DNA of 63,683 bases, filler included, from Chiloscyllium plagiosum (lineage: Eukaryota), in assembly GCF_004010195.1 (NCBI RefSeq). It is 3 parts of one record of this genome, joined end to end, with 100 filler letters (N's around TTAATTAATTAA, not from the genome) between each part and the next. Parts side by side here need not be neighbours in the genome. Positions count along the whole stretch, not along the records: positions 1 to 27,678 come from NC_057716.1; 2 more parts are not named here. One strand, 5' to 3'. Within the stretch, counting starts at the first letter, position 1, and every line of letters begins with the position of its first letter. The notes beneath the pieces were generated by a model. That model was not told the origin of the DNA and made no database searches. It was given only the letters and a program-made list of their open reading frames with translations. The position numbers and the translations under genes are program-made. Positions 1 through 12,168 of the stretch are shown piece by piece.

Positions 1-660
1 AGTTACCCTTTTGTCCTTAATGTATTTGTAAAAACCCTTTGGATTCTACTTAATTCTATTTGCCAAAGCTACCTCATGTTCCTGTTTTGCCCTCCTGATT
101 TCCCTCTTAAGTATACTCCTACTGCTTTTGTATTCTTCTCAGGATTCACTCGATCTATCCTGTCTATACCTGACATATGCTTCCTTCTTTTTCTTAACCA
201 AACCCTCAATTTCTTTAGTCATCCAGCATTCCCTATACCTACCAGCCTTCCCTTTCACCCTGACAGGAATCTACTTTCTCTGGACTCTCGTTATCTAATC
301 TCTGAAGGCTTCCCAGCTTCCAGCCGTCCCTTTACCTGCGAACATCTGCCCCCAATCAGCTTTCGAAAGCTCTTGCCAAATACCGTCAAAATTGGCCTTT
401 CTCCAATTTAGAACTTCAAGTTTTAGATCTGGTCTGTCCTTTTCCATCACTATTTTAAATCTAACAGAATTATGGTCGCTGGCCCCAAAGTGCTCCCTCA
501 CTGACACTTCAGTCACCTGCCCTGCCTTATTTCCCAAGAGTAGGTCACGTTTTGCACCTTCTCTAGTAGGTACATCCACATACTGAATCAGAAAATTGTC
601 TTGTACGTACTTAACACATTCCTCTCCATCTAAACCTTTAACACTATGGCAATAATGATC
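1..660 (-). mobile_element. CR1 LINE fragment (end of endonuclease domain and linker)
   Basis: ORF 295-798(-) contains QYVDVPTREGAKRDLLLGN...GASDHNSVRF...LNWRKANF, typical CR1 ORF2. Confidence 0.85.
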
Positions 661-869
661 CAGCCTCCAAAAGAAATCAGCCAACTCTCTCCCTCTGTCT
701 CCTTTCTGTGAGGAAGTGGCCAAAGAAAGTTTCAAGTGGCAAGTGACTCTCTCTGTGAATTCCCTTCCTGAAAAGGGAAGAACCTCCTTATGAGGCACTG
801 AAAGGGTAAAGCCTCAACGAAATGTTGAGCATCAATGTCTCCACAACCTCACGCGTCCCTCAAAGGCTC

Positions 870-1000
870 AAAAGAATTCAGAAGGATATGGGCCAGGTGC
901 TGGCAGGTGGGACTAGATTGGTTTGGGATATCTGGGCGGCATGGACGGGTTGGACCGAAGGCTCTGTTTCCATGCTGTACATCTCTATGACTATATGACT
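870..1000 (+). mobile_element. CR1 LINE 3' tail
   Basis: ...gggttggaccgaagg...catctctatgactatatgact; same tail at 21000-21130, 45126-45220 and 63455-63560. Confidence 0.75.
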
Positions 1001-1279
1001 GTATATTATCCAATGAGAAGGCTGCAGCTACTTGTCCAGGAGCCAATCAAGAAGTTGTTACTATACTAAGTACTCCAGAACCCACACACAACAGGTCCTG
1101 TTTGAAAAACCAAACAAAAATCTGGCATTGGGCGAAATTGCTCCAAACATACACCCACAGACCCTAAGCATTGAGTACCCCTCTCTCCCAATCCCCGCAC
1201 CCCCTCCCCCTCCCCCAAAAATAAGGAAATCTTACAGATACAGCTCATTTCTTTAAAACCACTGTGACTTAATGGTATC

Positions 1280-1620
1280 GGGGAGGTAACAGCCCAGTAG
1301 TGTTATCACTAGGCTGTTAATCCAGAGACCTAGGTAATGTTCTGGGGACACAGGTTCACATCCCTCCACAGCAGATGGTGGAATTTGACTTCAATAAAAA
1401 TCTACAATGATGAATCCATTGTTGATTGTCTGATAAACCCACTTGGTTCACTAAGGTCTTTTTGGGAAGGAGACTGTCATCCTTACCTAGTCTGGCCTAC
1501 ACGTGACTCCAGACGCATAGCAATGGGGTTGACTCTAACAGACCTCTGGGCAATTAGGGATGGCCAATAAATGCTAGGCCTAGCCAGGAACACCCTCATC
1601 CCATGAATGAATAAAAAAAA
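1280..1620 (+). mobile_element. tRNA-like-headed SINE (family B), near full length
   Basis: A/B-box-like head, body ...ccttacctagtctggcctacacgtgactccagac..., tail gcaattagggatggccaataaatgc...cccatgaatgaataaaaaaaa. Further copies near 2505-2860, 3950-4480(-), 21470-21735, 44020-44560, 61230-61440 and 62070-62175. Confidence 0.75.
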
Positions 1621-1924
1621 CTTCTGTAATGCTTTGGTTTAAAGCAGTAAAACTTTTAATGATTTCTGTCTATAATCTAGAAAATCAAAGAGCATTGATA
1701 TCCTTACTGTAATGTGGTGACCAGAAGTGTATACAATACTCCATTTGTGGCCTCACCAATGTCTTATCCATTTTCATCATTAAATCTTCTATTCCATTTT
1801 ATCTTCCATATTTATTAATCAGTCCGTTGGGAATGTTATGACCCACACCTTGAGACTTGAATCCACACCTTCTGTGCACAGGAGACATAACTACTACACA
1901 ACAAAACGTAGTAATTTAAATTTA

Positions 1925-2205
1925 GGGTGGCACGGTGGCTCAGTGGTTAGCACTGCTGCCTCATGTGTTCAGGGACCTGGGTTCGATTCCAGCCTCGGGT
2001 GACTGTGTGGGTGACGAGGAGACACGTTCTCCTCGTGTCTGTGTGGGTTTCCTCCCACAGTCCAAAGATATGCAGGTTAGGGTAGATTGGCCATGGGAAA
2101 TGCAGAGTTGCAAGGATGATGGTGTGGTCTGGGTGGAATGCTGTTTGTGTGGTTGGTGTAGACTTAATGGGGCGAATGACTTGCTTCCATGCTGTAGGGT
2201 TACTA
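1925..2205 (+). mobile_element. HE1-type V-SINE (tRNA-derived), decayed
   Basis: ggcacggtggctcagtggttagcactgctgcctca (A box), gggttcgattcc (B box), V-domain gggtttcctcccacagtccaaaga. Confidence 0.8.
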
Positions 2206-2344
2206 TAGAAATTCCACCACATGAACCGATGCCTCCTGTCATTAATCGCAACCTCAGGATTACTAATCCAGGGACATTACCACAGCGTCACTATCTACAA
2301 ATTACTGAAAAGCTGATTCCTCAGTGTCCCTGTGAGCTGGATTC

Positions 2345-2445
2345 CCAGTTCATTCCTAATGAAGGGCTTTGGCCCAAAACGTCAATGTTCCTGCTCCTCA
2401 GATGCTGCCTGACCTGCTGTGCTTTTCCAGCACCACTCTGATCTT
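2345..2445 (+). mobile_element. Penelope-like element terminal fragment with a degenerate hammerhead motif
   Basis: attcctaatgaagggctttggcccaaaacgtc followed by the family tail ctgcctgacctgctgtgcttttccagcaccac. Confidence 0.7.
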
Positions 2446-2867
2446 GTCCCTGTTACATGACCCAATTCTTCATCTCTGTCCAACTGATCTTCTTCCAAAA
2501 CTGAGCAGGGGGAGGTGGGAATGTCACTGGACTGCTAATTCAGGGGTCGTGGGCTAATGAACTGGGGACATGGATTCAATCTCCATTCTGATAACTGCTG
2601 GAATTTAAAATAAATTAAATCTGAAACCCTGGAATTGATAACTAGTCTCAGTGATGGTGACCATGAAGGTACCGTCAAGTGTTAACACCCATCTGGTTCA
2701 CTAATATCCTCAAGGTATCCTTACTTGGTCTGGCCTATATATGAGTCCAGACCCACAGCAATGAGATTCTCTCTTAACTGCCCTCAGGAGAGGTCAACCA
2801 AGCTGCTCATCTGAAGGGAAATTAGAGATGGGCAACAACATAAAACCATGCCATTAATACCCATGGA

Positions 2868-3116
2868 GTAATTGTAGCAATGTCAGCCAGGTGGACCTCA
2901 TAGAATACAATTTACCTGATTGGAGCTGTTAATCTACACCTATATTTACAGGGGGAGAGTCCTTGACACTGATCCAGCTCCCTCAGAGCCAGCTCTCAGA
3001 GTCAACAGTGATTATATCTGTCAGCCATGGCTCCCTGATTGGACCAGGTAACAGCCCCAATCTGGGAACTCAGATTCTCTGAGGTCCATCTTGTTGACCT
3101 TGTTACAGTCACTACA
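2868..3116. mobile_element. Two inverted partial copies of an LTR-like repeat
   Basis: 5' part (cagccaggtggacctc) is forward; the remainder is the reverse complement of the element at 23400-23601. Confidence 0.55.
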
Positions 3117-3949
3117 ACCATATCCCATGGAACAATGAGCACTTAAACGAAAAATCAAAGACTAGACCAAAATGGCAGAATTGATATCATTTGTCTGACT
3201 AAGAAGCATTTCAAGGTGACTCCACAGAATCTTTTGTAGAAAAGTTGACACTAAGCCAAACCAAGGGATAGTAGGAGAGGAAAGCAAGACAATGGGCAGA
3301 AAGGCAACTTTTAAGGAGCGTCCTAAAGCACAGAAGAGGAGAGGCAGTTTGAGAGAGTGGTGTACAGAGGACTGGAAGAGATTGCACAGATACTGCAGGC
3401 CAAGGTGAGACAAGGGTTTGTCACAGGAGGTCAACACAGTAACAACACAACCTCTCCAGGTTAATCCAGCAGGGGCTCACTCAGAAAGCCCTCGCACAAA
3501 CAGTGGTACTGAGGTCAAGTGGAACAGTCCATTCAGAACAGTGTGAAACAACATTGAAGAGTTAAACCCGAAGAGTTCAGGTGCTGAGTTTCAAAATGTG
3601 CCAACACCAGGAGCTTTGGCACTGAGTCATCTGACATTTCCGTTGTTTTCTACAATATCACAGCTCTTTCCTGGTCGACAATAACAAGACCTGAAGAGAA
3701 AGGATCTGGAAGGCAATATGAAAAACGGTTGCCCAGGTAACAAGATAGTGAAGAGAAATTAAATCCTTCTCAGGTTTGAAAACAAAATGCTGACAAAACC
3801 TGCTGTCAAAAATCTGGTCTCCCACGGTTACAGCTGAATTATTGAAAAACAAGGAGCTAATCTCACTGTAAAATCATACATCAGGTAAGGGACAATTCAG
3901 CCCATTAAACTCTCTGAAAAAGTCCGTGTGGGCCGTTCCCCAAGCAAGA

Positions 3950-4480
3950 ACATTTTTTTTCTATATTCATTCACAGATTGCTTGGCCAGTAATTATTGCC
4001 CATCCCTAATTGCCCAGAGGGCAGTTAAGAGTCAATCACGTTGCTGTGGGTCTGGAGTCACGTGTAGGCCAGACCAGGTAAGGATGGCAGTTTCCTTCCC
4101 TAAAGGACATTAGTGAACCAGATGATTTTTTTCCTGACAATTGATTCATGGTGGTCATTAGTCTCCTAATTCCAGATTTTTTAAATCGAATTCGAATTCC
4201 ACCATGACAGGATTCGAGCCCAGGTCCCCAGGATATTATCTGGGTCTCCAGGTTAACTGTCCAGTGATAATACCACTAGGCCATCACCTAAAGGACATTA
4301 GTGAACCAGATGAATTTTTTCCTGACAATTGATTCATGGTGGTCATTAGTCTCCTAATTCCAGATTTTTAAAATCGAATTCGAATTCCACCATGACAGGA
4401 TTCGAGCCCAGGTCCCCAGGATATTATCTGGGTCTCCAGGTTAACTGTCCAGTGATAATACCACTAGGCCATCACCTCCT
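3950..4480 (-). mobile_element. Family-B SINE with an internal 188-bp tandem duplication
   Basis: 4101-4288 repeated almost exactly at 4289-4476. Confidence 0.85.
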
Positions 4481-4645
4481 CAAAGTACAAACTCCTCCTG
4501 TGCAAAAGCAATCCATCCACTGGGAGAGCCCTTCCCCTCTGAGGCAAAACCCTCTTGGTTTAAGTCCCACTCCAGAGTAGTAAAGTGATAATCATTACCA
4601 TTTACAGGATGGGTTATCTCTCCACGCTTCAGGCTCACGGCCTTT

Positions 4646-4682
4646 ATTCCTGATGAAGAGCTTTTGCCCGAAACGTCAATTT
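4646..4682 (+). ncRNA. Minimal type-I hammerhead ribozyme motif in a Penelope terminal fragment (4615-4785)
   Basis: attc-CTGATGA-a-gagc-tttt-gccc-GAAA-c-GTC-aatt: intact core boxes, stem II with one mismatch, palindromic ACGT stem III. Confidence 0.65.
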
Positions 4683-4989
4683 CAAAGCTCCTTGGATGCT
4701 GCCTGAACTGCTGTGCTCTTCCAGCACCACTAATCCAGAATCTGGTTTCCAGCATCTGCAGTCATTGTTTTTACCTCGTTGATTTTACAGCTCCTTCAGC
4801 CCATCATTCAACACAAAACAAATAACAGTGGGGGAGACATTGGGTTTGCTCTAGCATTCAATATGATCATCACTCAATCCCTTCCCCGTATTCCCTTTGA
4901 GAGTCATAGAGTCATACAGCACAGAAACAGACCACTCGGCTGAACCCATCCATGTCAACTGGGTTTCCTAAACTCAACCAATCCTATTG

Positions 4990-6470
4990 CCTGTTCCCTC
5001 GTGGGCTCCACCACAAGCTGCTCCAAAAAGTCATCTTGTAGACACTCCACAAATACCCTTTTTTTGCAATCCACCACTGAACTGAATTTCCCAGTCCACC
5101 TGCATATTGAAATCCCCCATGATAACTGTAACTTTGCCTTTCCTGCACATCTTTTCTATCTCCTGGTATATCTTGTGCCCTAGCTCCTGACTACTATTTG
5201 GAGGCCTGGACATAATTCCAACTATGGTCTTCTTTTACCTTTCTGGTTCCACAATTCTACCCCACACAGATTCTACACCATCTGACCCTACTTCGTTTCT
5301 TACTATTGAGTTAATAGCATCGATAGAACATAAGAACATGAGAACCAGGAGCAGGAGTAGGCCGTCTGGCCCCTGGAGCCTGCTCCACCATTCAATAAGA
5401 CCACGGCTGATCTTTTCATGGACTCCGCTCCACTTACCCACCCTCTCACCATATCCCGTAATTCCTTTATTTTTCAAAAAACATCTGCCTTGCTTTAAAA
5501 GCAATTACTGAGGAAGCCTCAACTCCTTCACTCGGCAGGGAATTCCATAGATTCACAACCCTCTGGGTGAAGACATTCCTTCTCAGTTCAGTCCGAAACC
5601 TGCTTCCTCTAATCTTGAGACTATGCCTCTTGTCCTAGTTTCACCTGCCAGTGGAAACGTCCTATCTACTTCTATTTTATCGATTCCCTTCATAATTTTA
5701 TATGTTTCTATAAGATTCCCCCCTCATTCTTCTGAATTCCAATGAATATAATCCCTGTCTACTCAATCTCTCATCATAACCCACCCCCTCAACTCGGGAA
5801 TCAACCTGGTGAACCTCCTCTGCACCCCCTCCAGCACCAGTCCATCCTTCCTCAAATAAGGAGACCAAAACTGCACACAGTCCTCCAGGTGTGGCCTCAC
5901 CAGCACCTTGTACAGCTGCAACATAACCTCCCTGCTTTTAAACTCAATCCCTTTTGCAATGAAGGACAAAATTCCATTTGCCTTCCTAATTACCTGTTGT
6001 ACCTGAGACCAACCTTCTGTGATTCATGCACAAGGACACCCAGGTCCCTCTGCACAGCAGCGTGCTGCAACTTTTACCATTCAAGTAATAATCTATTTTA
6101 CTGTTATTCCGACCAAAATGGATGGCTTCATATTTATCAACATTGTATTCCATAGCCAGACCTTTTACCCACTCACTCAATGGATCTATGTTCCTCTGCA
6201 AAGTTTCACACTCCTCTGCATACATTGCTCTGTCACTCATCTTCGCGTCATCTACAAACTTGACACCGTACACATGGTCCTCAACTCCAAATCATTGATA
6301 TGAATTGTAAATAATTATAATTACAGTCCCAATTCCAATCCCTGAGGCACACCACTAGTCACTGATTGCCAACCAGAAAAGCACTCATTTTTCCCCACTC
6401 TTTGCTTCCTATCAGTCAACCGGTCCTCTACCACGCTCACACTCTACCCCTAACACCATGCATCCTTATC
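4990..6470 (-). mobile_element. CR1 LINE fragments (EN piece 4990-5310; RT C-terminus and 3' tail 5325-6470)
   Basis: VIMGDFNMQVDW; KFVDDAK; LYKVLVRPHLEDCVQFWSPYLRKD...VQRRFTRLIP. Confidence 0.88.
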
Positions 6471-6479
6471 TAATGCAGC

Positions 6480-7545
6480 GGCACAGAAGCCTGGCTGTCT
6501 GGTAGAGAGCAGAGAGTGGGATAAAAGAGTCCTTCTCAGGATGGCAGCCGGTGACAAGTGATGTTCTGCAAGGCTCAGTGTTGGGACCACAGCTCTTCAC
6601 TTTATACATTAACGATCTAGATGAAGGAACTGGGGACATTCTGGCTAGGTTTGCAGATGATACAAAGATAAGTGGAGGGGCAGGTAGCATTGAGGAGGGA
6701 GGGAGGCTGGAGAAGGATTTGGACAGGTTCGGAGAGTGGGCAAAGAAGTGGCAGATGGTGGACAATGTGGGAAAGTGTGAGGTCATGCACTTTGGGAGGA
6801 AGAATAGAGGCATGGAGTATTTTCTAATGGGGAGAAACTTCTGAAGCCTGAAGTGCAAAGAGACTTGGGAGTTCTAGTCCAGGATTCTCTCAAGGTAAAC
6901 TTGCAGGTTGAGTCAGTAGTGAGGAAGGCAAATGCAATGATGGCATTTATTTTGAGAGGACTTGAATATAAAAGCAGGGATGTACTTCTGAGACTCCATA
7001 AGGCTCTAGTCAGACCACATTTGCAGTAATGTCGCGGTTTTGGGCCCCGTATCTCAGGAAGGATGTACTGTCCCTGGCGCATGTTCAGAGGAGGTTCACG
7101 AGAATGGTCCCAGGAAAGTTTAACATATCAGGAATATTTGAGGACTCCGGGTTTATACTCGATGGAGTTTAGAAGGATGAGGGGGGATCTAATTGAAACT
7201 TACAGAACACTGAATGGCCCGGACAGAGTGGATGTTGGGAAGATGTTTCCATTGGGAGAAGAGACTAGGACCCAGGGGACAGCCTTAGAGTAAAGGGAAG
7301 ATCTTTTAGAACAGAGATAAGGAGAAACTTCTTCAGCCGGAGAGTGGGGAATCTATCTTTGCCACAGAAGGCCAGGTCATTGAGTATATTTAAGACTGAG
7401 ATAGATAGGTTCTTGAATCAAGGGGATCAACGGTTACAGGGAGAAAGTGGAAAAATGATGTTGAGAAACCTATCAGCCATGATTGAATGGTGGAGCAGAC
7501 TCGATGGACTGAATGGCCTAATTTCTGGTCCTATGTCTTATGGCC
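6480..7545 (+). mobile_element. CR1 LINE, 5'-truncated, RT C-terminal half to 3' tail
   Basis: VLQGSVLGPQLFTLYINDL...RFADDTK...KCEVMHFG; tail ctgaatggcctaatttctggtcctatgtcttatgg. Confidence 0.9.
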
Positions 7546-7559
7546 TTAGGGTCTTATTT

Positions 7560-8280
7560 GACTGTGTTTGGCCCCTATCTCTCTAAACCCTTCCGACTCA
7601 CGTACCCGTCCAAATGTCTTTTAAATGTTGTAATTGTACCCTCCTGGAGCACATCCTCTGGCAGCACCACCCTCTGCATGAAATATTGTCCCTTAGGCTC
7701 CTTTTAAATCTTTCCCCTCTCACCTTAAACCTGCCCCTCACGACTTTATAAACCTTGACAAGGTCACCCCTAAACCTCCTATGGTCCGGGGAAAGAAATC
7801 CCAGCATATCCAGCCTTTTCTTACAACTGAAACCCTTTCATCTCAAACCCTTGCAAACCTTTTGTGCACCCTATCCAGTTTAATGGCTAAAACCTCTCTC
7901 CCAGTTAAATTCAACTTGATGGCTGTAACAACAACTCTCTGGGGGAGAGAATTCTAATGATCGATAATCCACTGGGTGAAGAATTTCCTCTTCATCTCAG
8001 TTGGAGATGATTGTTGCCTTTATCTTCAGTAAATCTTTGGATTCTGGATTCCCAAGTCCCATGACAAACAGCATCCAGTACTGACACTGTCTGGTTCCAT
8101 CACAATCTTGCCCATTTCCATCTGCACCCTCTTATTGCTCGCAAATCTGCACATACCAGCCCAATTTACTCAGCTTCCCGAGGGACTTACCCAGTGAACC
8201 TGCCACCTCCAATGGCAGTTCAATTCTGCCTTAAATATGGAGGACCCAAAATTGCACACAATAGTCCACCTATGGTCTCA
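7560..8280 (-). mobile_element. Decayed CR1 fragments
   Basis: RRFRGDLVKVYKVVRG and ATFKRHLD-like remnants. Confidence 0.6.
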
Positions 8281-8371
8281 AACAGCCCAGTTCACTTTAA
8301 CAACACACATGCAGCAAATCATACAATGCAGTTTGTCTTCATTTGCTTTCTGTCCTAAGACCCCATAATAA

Positions 8372-9064
8372 GAGAATGCCGCACTGACAGAGGGTCGGTA
8401 CTGAGGGAGTGCCACACTGTCAGAGGGTCGATACTGAGGGAGTGCCACACTGTCAGAGGGTCGGTACTGAGGGAGTGCCACACTGTCAGAGGGTCGGTAC
8501 TGAGGGAGTGCCGCACTGTTGGAGGGTCAGTACTGAGGGAGTGCCGCACTGTCGGAGGGTCAGTGCTGAGGGAGTGCCACATTGTCAGAGGGTCAGTACT
8601 AGGGAGTGCCGCACTGTCAGAGGGTCAGTGCTGAGGGAGTGCCATACTGTCAGAGGGTCACTGCTGAGGGAGTGCCGCAATGTCAGAGGGTCAGTGCTGA
8701 GGGAGTGCGGCATTGTCAGAGGGTCAGTACTGAGGGAGTGCTAGACTGTCGGAGGGTCAGTGCTGAGGGAGAGCCGCACTGTCGGAGGATCAGTGCTGAG
8801 GAAATGCCGTACTGTCGGAGGGTCGGTATAGAGGGAGTGCCACACTGTCAGAGGGTCAGTGCTGAGGGAGTGCCGCACTGTCAGAGGGTCAGTGCTGAGA
8901 GAGTGCCACTCTGTTAGAGGGTCAGTACTGAGGGAGTCATGCAATTTTGGAGGGTCAGTGCTGAGGGAGTGCTGCACTGTCAGAGGGTCGGTACTGAGGG
9001 AGTGCCGCACTGTCAGAGGGTCAGTGCTGAGGCAGTGCCGCACTGTCGGAGGGTCAGTACTGAG
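8372..9064 (+). repeat. 33-bp minisatellite (gagggagtgccgcactgtcagagggtcagtact)n, about 21 units
   Basis: Direct tandem repeat; 11-aa periodicity in the ORF track. Confidence 0.95.
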
Positions 9065-9909
9065 CAGGAATTGAGGTGACTGTTGTGAATGGTGGGGATG
9101 GAGCTGTGTGCTGCGAACAATTGGGTCAGTAAGAAATATGCAGCCGTCTGGTTGATGAAGTCACTGAACGTTGCACAATGAATTCCTCTGCGAGTGACAG
9201 CAGAGCTTGACTCTCCCTCAGTGAATACTAATGAAATGATTATTTTGCTGATCTCAAGGGACAGACTTTGCGCAAACAGAGAGTGTTTACTGGATGCTGC
9301 CACATTAATCTCATTAGCCCAGCTTGTTCCAGGCTGGATCGCAGCAGGAGATAAAATGCATTGATCAGATGATGTGAGCTGGGCTCTATAACAGCTTCAT
9401 TTGATTGCGTTGGAGGTATTGTCTGTCACAGTGGATTAATCCAACAATGTCTGCTTGCCTCTGGGACCTATTAGAGACCTGTTCAGATTAATAGGAGGGG
9501 TACATCATCTCACTGGGTGGTACATTATGTCTGAATCATGCAGATTTCTGAAAGATGCTTTCAAGAAGTTTCCTATTGCAGGCACTCTGTACAATCCTGG
9601 CCATCAGTCAGTTCAGGGGGATACTCTGACAGAAACCACCTCCGCATCCTCCTGCCCAACCTCAGGAAGTTTTTTCAAACACAACTAAAGGACAATCCAA
9701 GTTGTCCTGCAGTTTCTGGAACTGGTTTGTGTGAGGCACACCCTTCCTAGAACAAAACAGTAGAAAGAGTGGAGTCAGACCCTGTGTGAAGGTCAATTCA
9801 AGTGCAGTCTGCAGAACCAATGGCCTTTTATTAACCTCCTCCCCACAATGAGCAGGAAAGTGTGGGGGCTGGGGTAGGCGTGGATTGAACGATCAAATGC
9901 ATGAAGCAT

Positions 9910-10170
9910 GTCACTAAACTACTACAAAACAGAGAATCTAATCATCGTCCCTTGACAATCAATGGTGTCACCATCACTGTATCTCCCACTATCAACATCC
10001 TGGGGGTTACCATTGAACAGCAACTCAACTGGACTCCCCACATAAACACAGCGGCTACAGGAGCAGGTCAGAGGCCAGGAATCCTGCAGTGAGTAACTCA
10101 CCTCCTGACTCCCCAAAGCCTGTCCACCATCTACAAGGCACAAGTCAGGAGGGTGATGGAATACTCCCCA
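9910..10170 (+). mobile_element. Fragment of a second non-LTR LINE family (CR1/L2 group)
   Basis: SNHRPLTINGVTITVSPTINILGVTIEQQLNWTPHIN; homologous to 37060-37290. Confidence 0.75.
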
Positions 10171-10194
10171 TCTTCACCAGCAACACTCCGAAGC

Positions 10195-10500
10195 TACCTC
10201 ACAGTGCCAGAGACTTGGGTTCGATTCCAGCCTCGGACAACTGTATGTATGGAGTTTGCACGTTCTTCCTGTGTCTGCGTGGGTTTCCTCCGGTTTCCTC
10301 CCACAGTACAAAGACGTGCAGGTTAGGGTGGATTGGCCATGCTAAACTGACCACAGTGTTCAGGGATGTGTAGGTTAGGTGCATTGTCAGGGGAAATGTA
10401 GAATAATAGGATAAGAGAATGAGGATATACTCCTCGGAGGGTTGGTGTGGATTTGTTGGGCCAATTGACATGTTTCCACACTGTAGGGATCCTATGAAAT
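10195..10500 (+). mobile_element. HE1-type V-SINE lacking the extreme 5' end
   Basis: gggttcgattcc B box, ggagtttgcacgttct...ttggccatgctaaa, tail tgtttccacactgtaggga. Confidence 0.8.
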
Positions 10501-10519
10501 TCACTGTGCAGGAGGGAGC

Positions 10520-11668
10520 ACATTGGCTTCAATTACAGAGTGGCTGGCTAACAGGAGAGAGGTGGCACAGTGCAGAGATTTTTAATAAATGGCTCTTCTT
10601 CAGATTGGCAAGCTGCCACACTGATTGGTGATTGGACCTCAAACTACTACAATTTACATAGTGATTTGGACAAAAGGATGGAATGGATGGCTGCCAAATA
10701 TGCTGACAACTAAAGATAGGCAGAAAAATAACTTGTGAAGAGAACATAAGGAGGCTACAAAAAGATAGCGTTAGGTTATGGCGGTGAGCGAAGATCTGAC
10801 AAATGGAATATAAGTGGGAAAATGTGAAATCCCCCATTGTGACAGGAAGAATAAAAAAGAAACATCTTATCTAAATGGCAGAGCTTTGAGACGCAGAAGG
10901 ATCTGGGTGATTTAGCGCATGAATCATGGGTAGTCACAGTATACTGGTACAGTATGTAATCAGGAAAGCTAATAGAAGCTTAAAACAAAAGTAGAGACGT
11001 TATGTTTCAGTGATTGTGGGCATTAGTGAAACCACATGGAGTCATAGTCATCAAATCATATAGCATGGAAGCAGATCCTTCGGTCCAACCAATCCATGCC
11101 AAACACAATCCGAAACTAAGTTTGTCCCATTTGTGTCCTCCCGGCCCTTATCTCTCTGAACCTTTCCTATTCATTTACTGTACTTATCAAAGTGCCCTTT
11201 CAATGTTTTGGCTGTACCCACATCCAACACTCCCTCTGAAAGATCATACCACACATAAACCTCCTGTGTAAAACATTTGCCTTTCATGACTTTTTAAAAC
11301 TTCTCTCACCTTAAAAATATGCTCCCCAGTCTTGAAATCCCCCATCCTTGGGAAAAGATGCTGACCATTCACCCTTCCATGCCCCTCATGATTTTATAAA
11401 CCTCTAAAGGTCACCTCTCAACCTCCTACATTCCAGTGAAAAAAGTCCCAGCCAATTCCACCATTCTTTATAACTCCAACCTTCCATACCCGGCAACATC
11501 CTGGTAAGTCTCTTCTGAACCCTCTCTAGCTTAATAATATCCTTCCTATAACTGGATGGAGTACCCTAGAAGAGGCCTCACCAATGTCCTTTACAACATC
11601 AATCTGACTTCCCAACTCCTGTACTCATAGGACTGAGCAATGATGGCAAGCACACCAAATGCCTTTTT
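10520..11668. mobile_element. CR1 fragments: + strand 10520-11040, - strand 11040-11668 (runs into a gap)
   Basis: KYADN/KCE-like RT remnants; reverse-strand CR1 3' tail starting catagtcatcaaatcatatagcatgg. Confidence 0.65.
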
Positions 11669-12168
11669 NNNNNNNNNNNNNNNNNNNNNNNNNNNNNNNN
11701 NNNNNNNNNNNNNNNNNNNNNNNNNNNNNNNNNNNNNNNNNNNNNNNNNNNNNNNNNNNNNNNNNNNNNNNNNNNNNNNNNNNNNNNNNNNNNNNNNNNN
11801 NNNNNNNNNNNNNNNNNNNNNNNNNNNNNNNNNNNNNNNNNNNNNNNNNNNNNNNNNNNNNNNNNNNNNNNNNNNNNNNNNNNNNNNNNNNNNNNNNNNN
11901 NNNNNNNNNNNNNNNNNNNNNNNNNNNNNNNNNNNNNNNNNNNNNNNNNNNNNNNNNNNNNNNNNNNNNNNNNNNNNNNNNNNNNNNNNNNNNNNNNNNN
12001 NNNNNNNNNNNNNNNNNNNNNNNNNNNNNNNNNNNNNNNNNNNNNNNNNNNNNNNNNNNNNNNNNNNNNNNNNNNNNNNNNNNNNNNNNNNNNNNNNNNN
12101 NNNNNNNNNNNNNNNNNNNNNNNNNNNNNNNNNNNNNNNNNNNNNNNNNNNNNNNNNNNNNNNNNNNN

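Noticed and set aside
1925..2000. tRNA-like A/B box sequences
   Set aside because: They are SINE heads continuing into V-domain bodies, not tRNA genes.
8278..9074. Repetitive ORFs and a CRISPR-like look of the 33-, 42- and 32/34-bp arrays
   Set aside because: Head-to-tail repeats with no unique spacers and no cas genes, in a vertebrate context.
9089..9130. ATG...TGG|GTCAGT as another possible first exon
   Set aside because: Weak donor, adjacent to a minisatellite, no homology.
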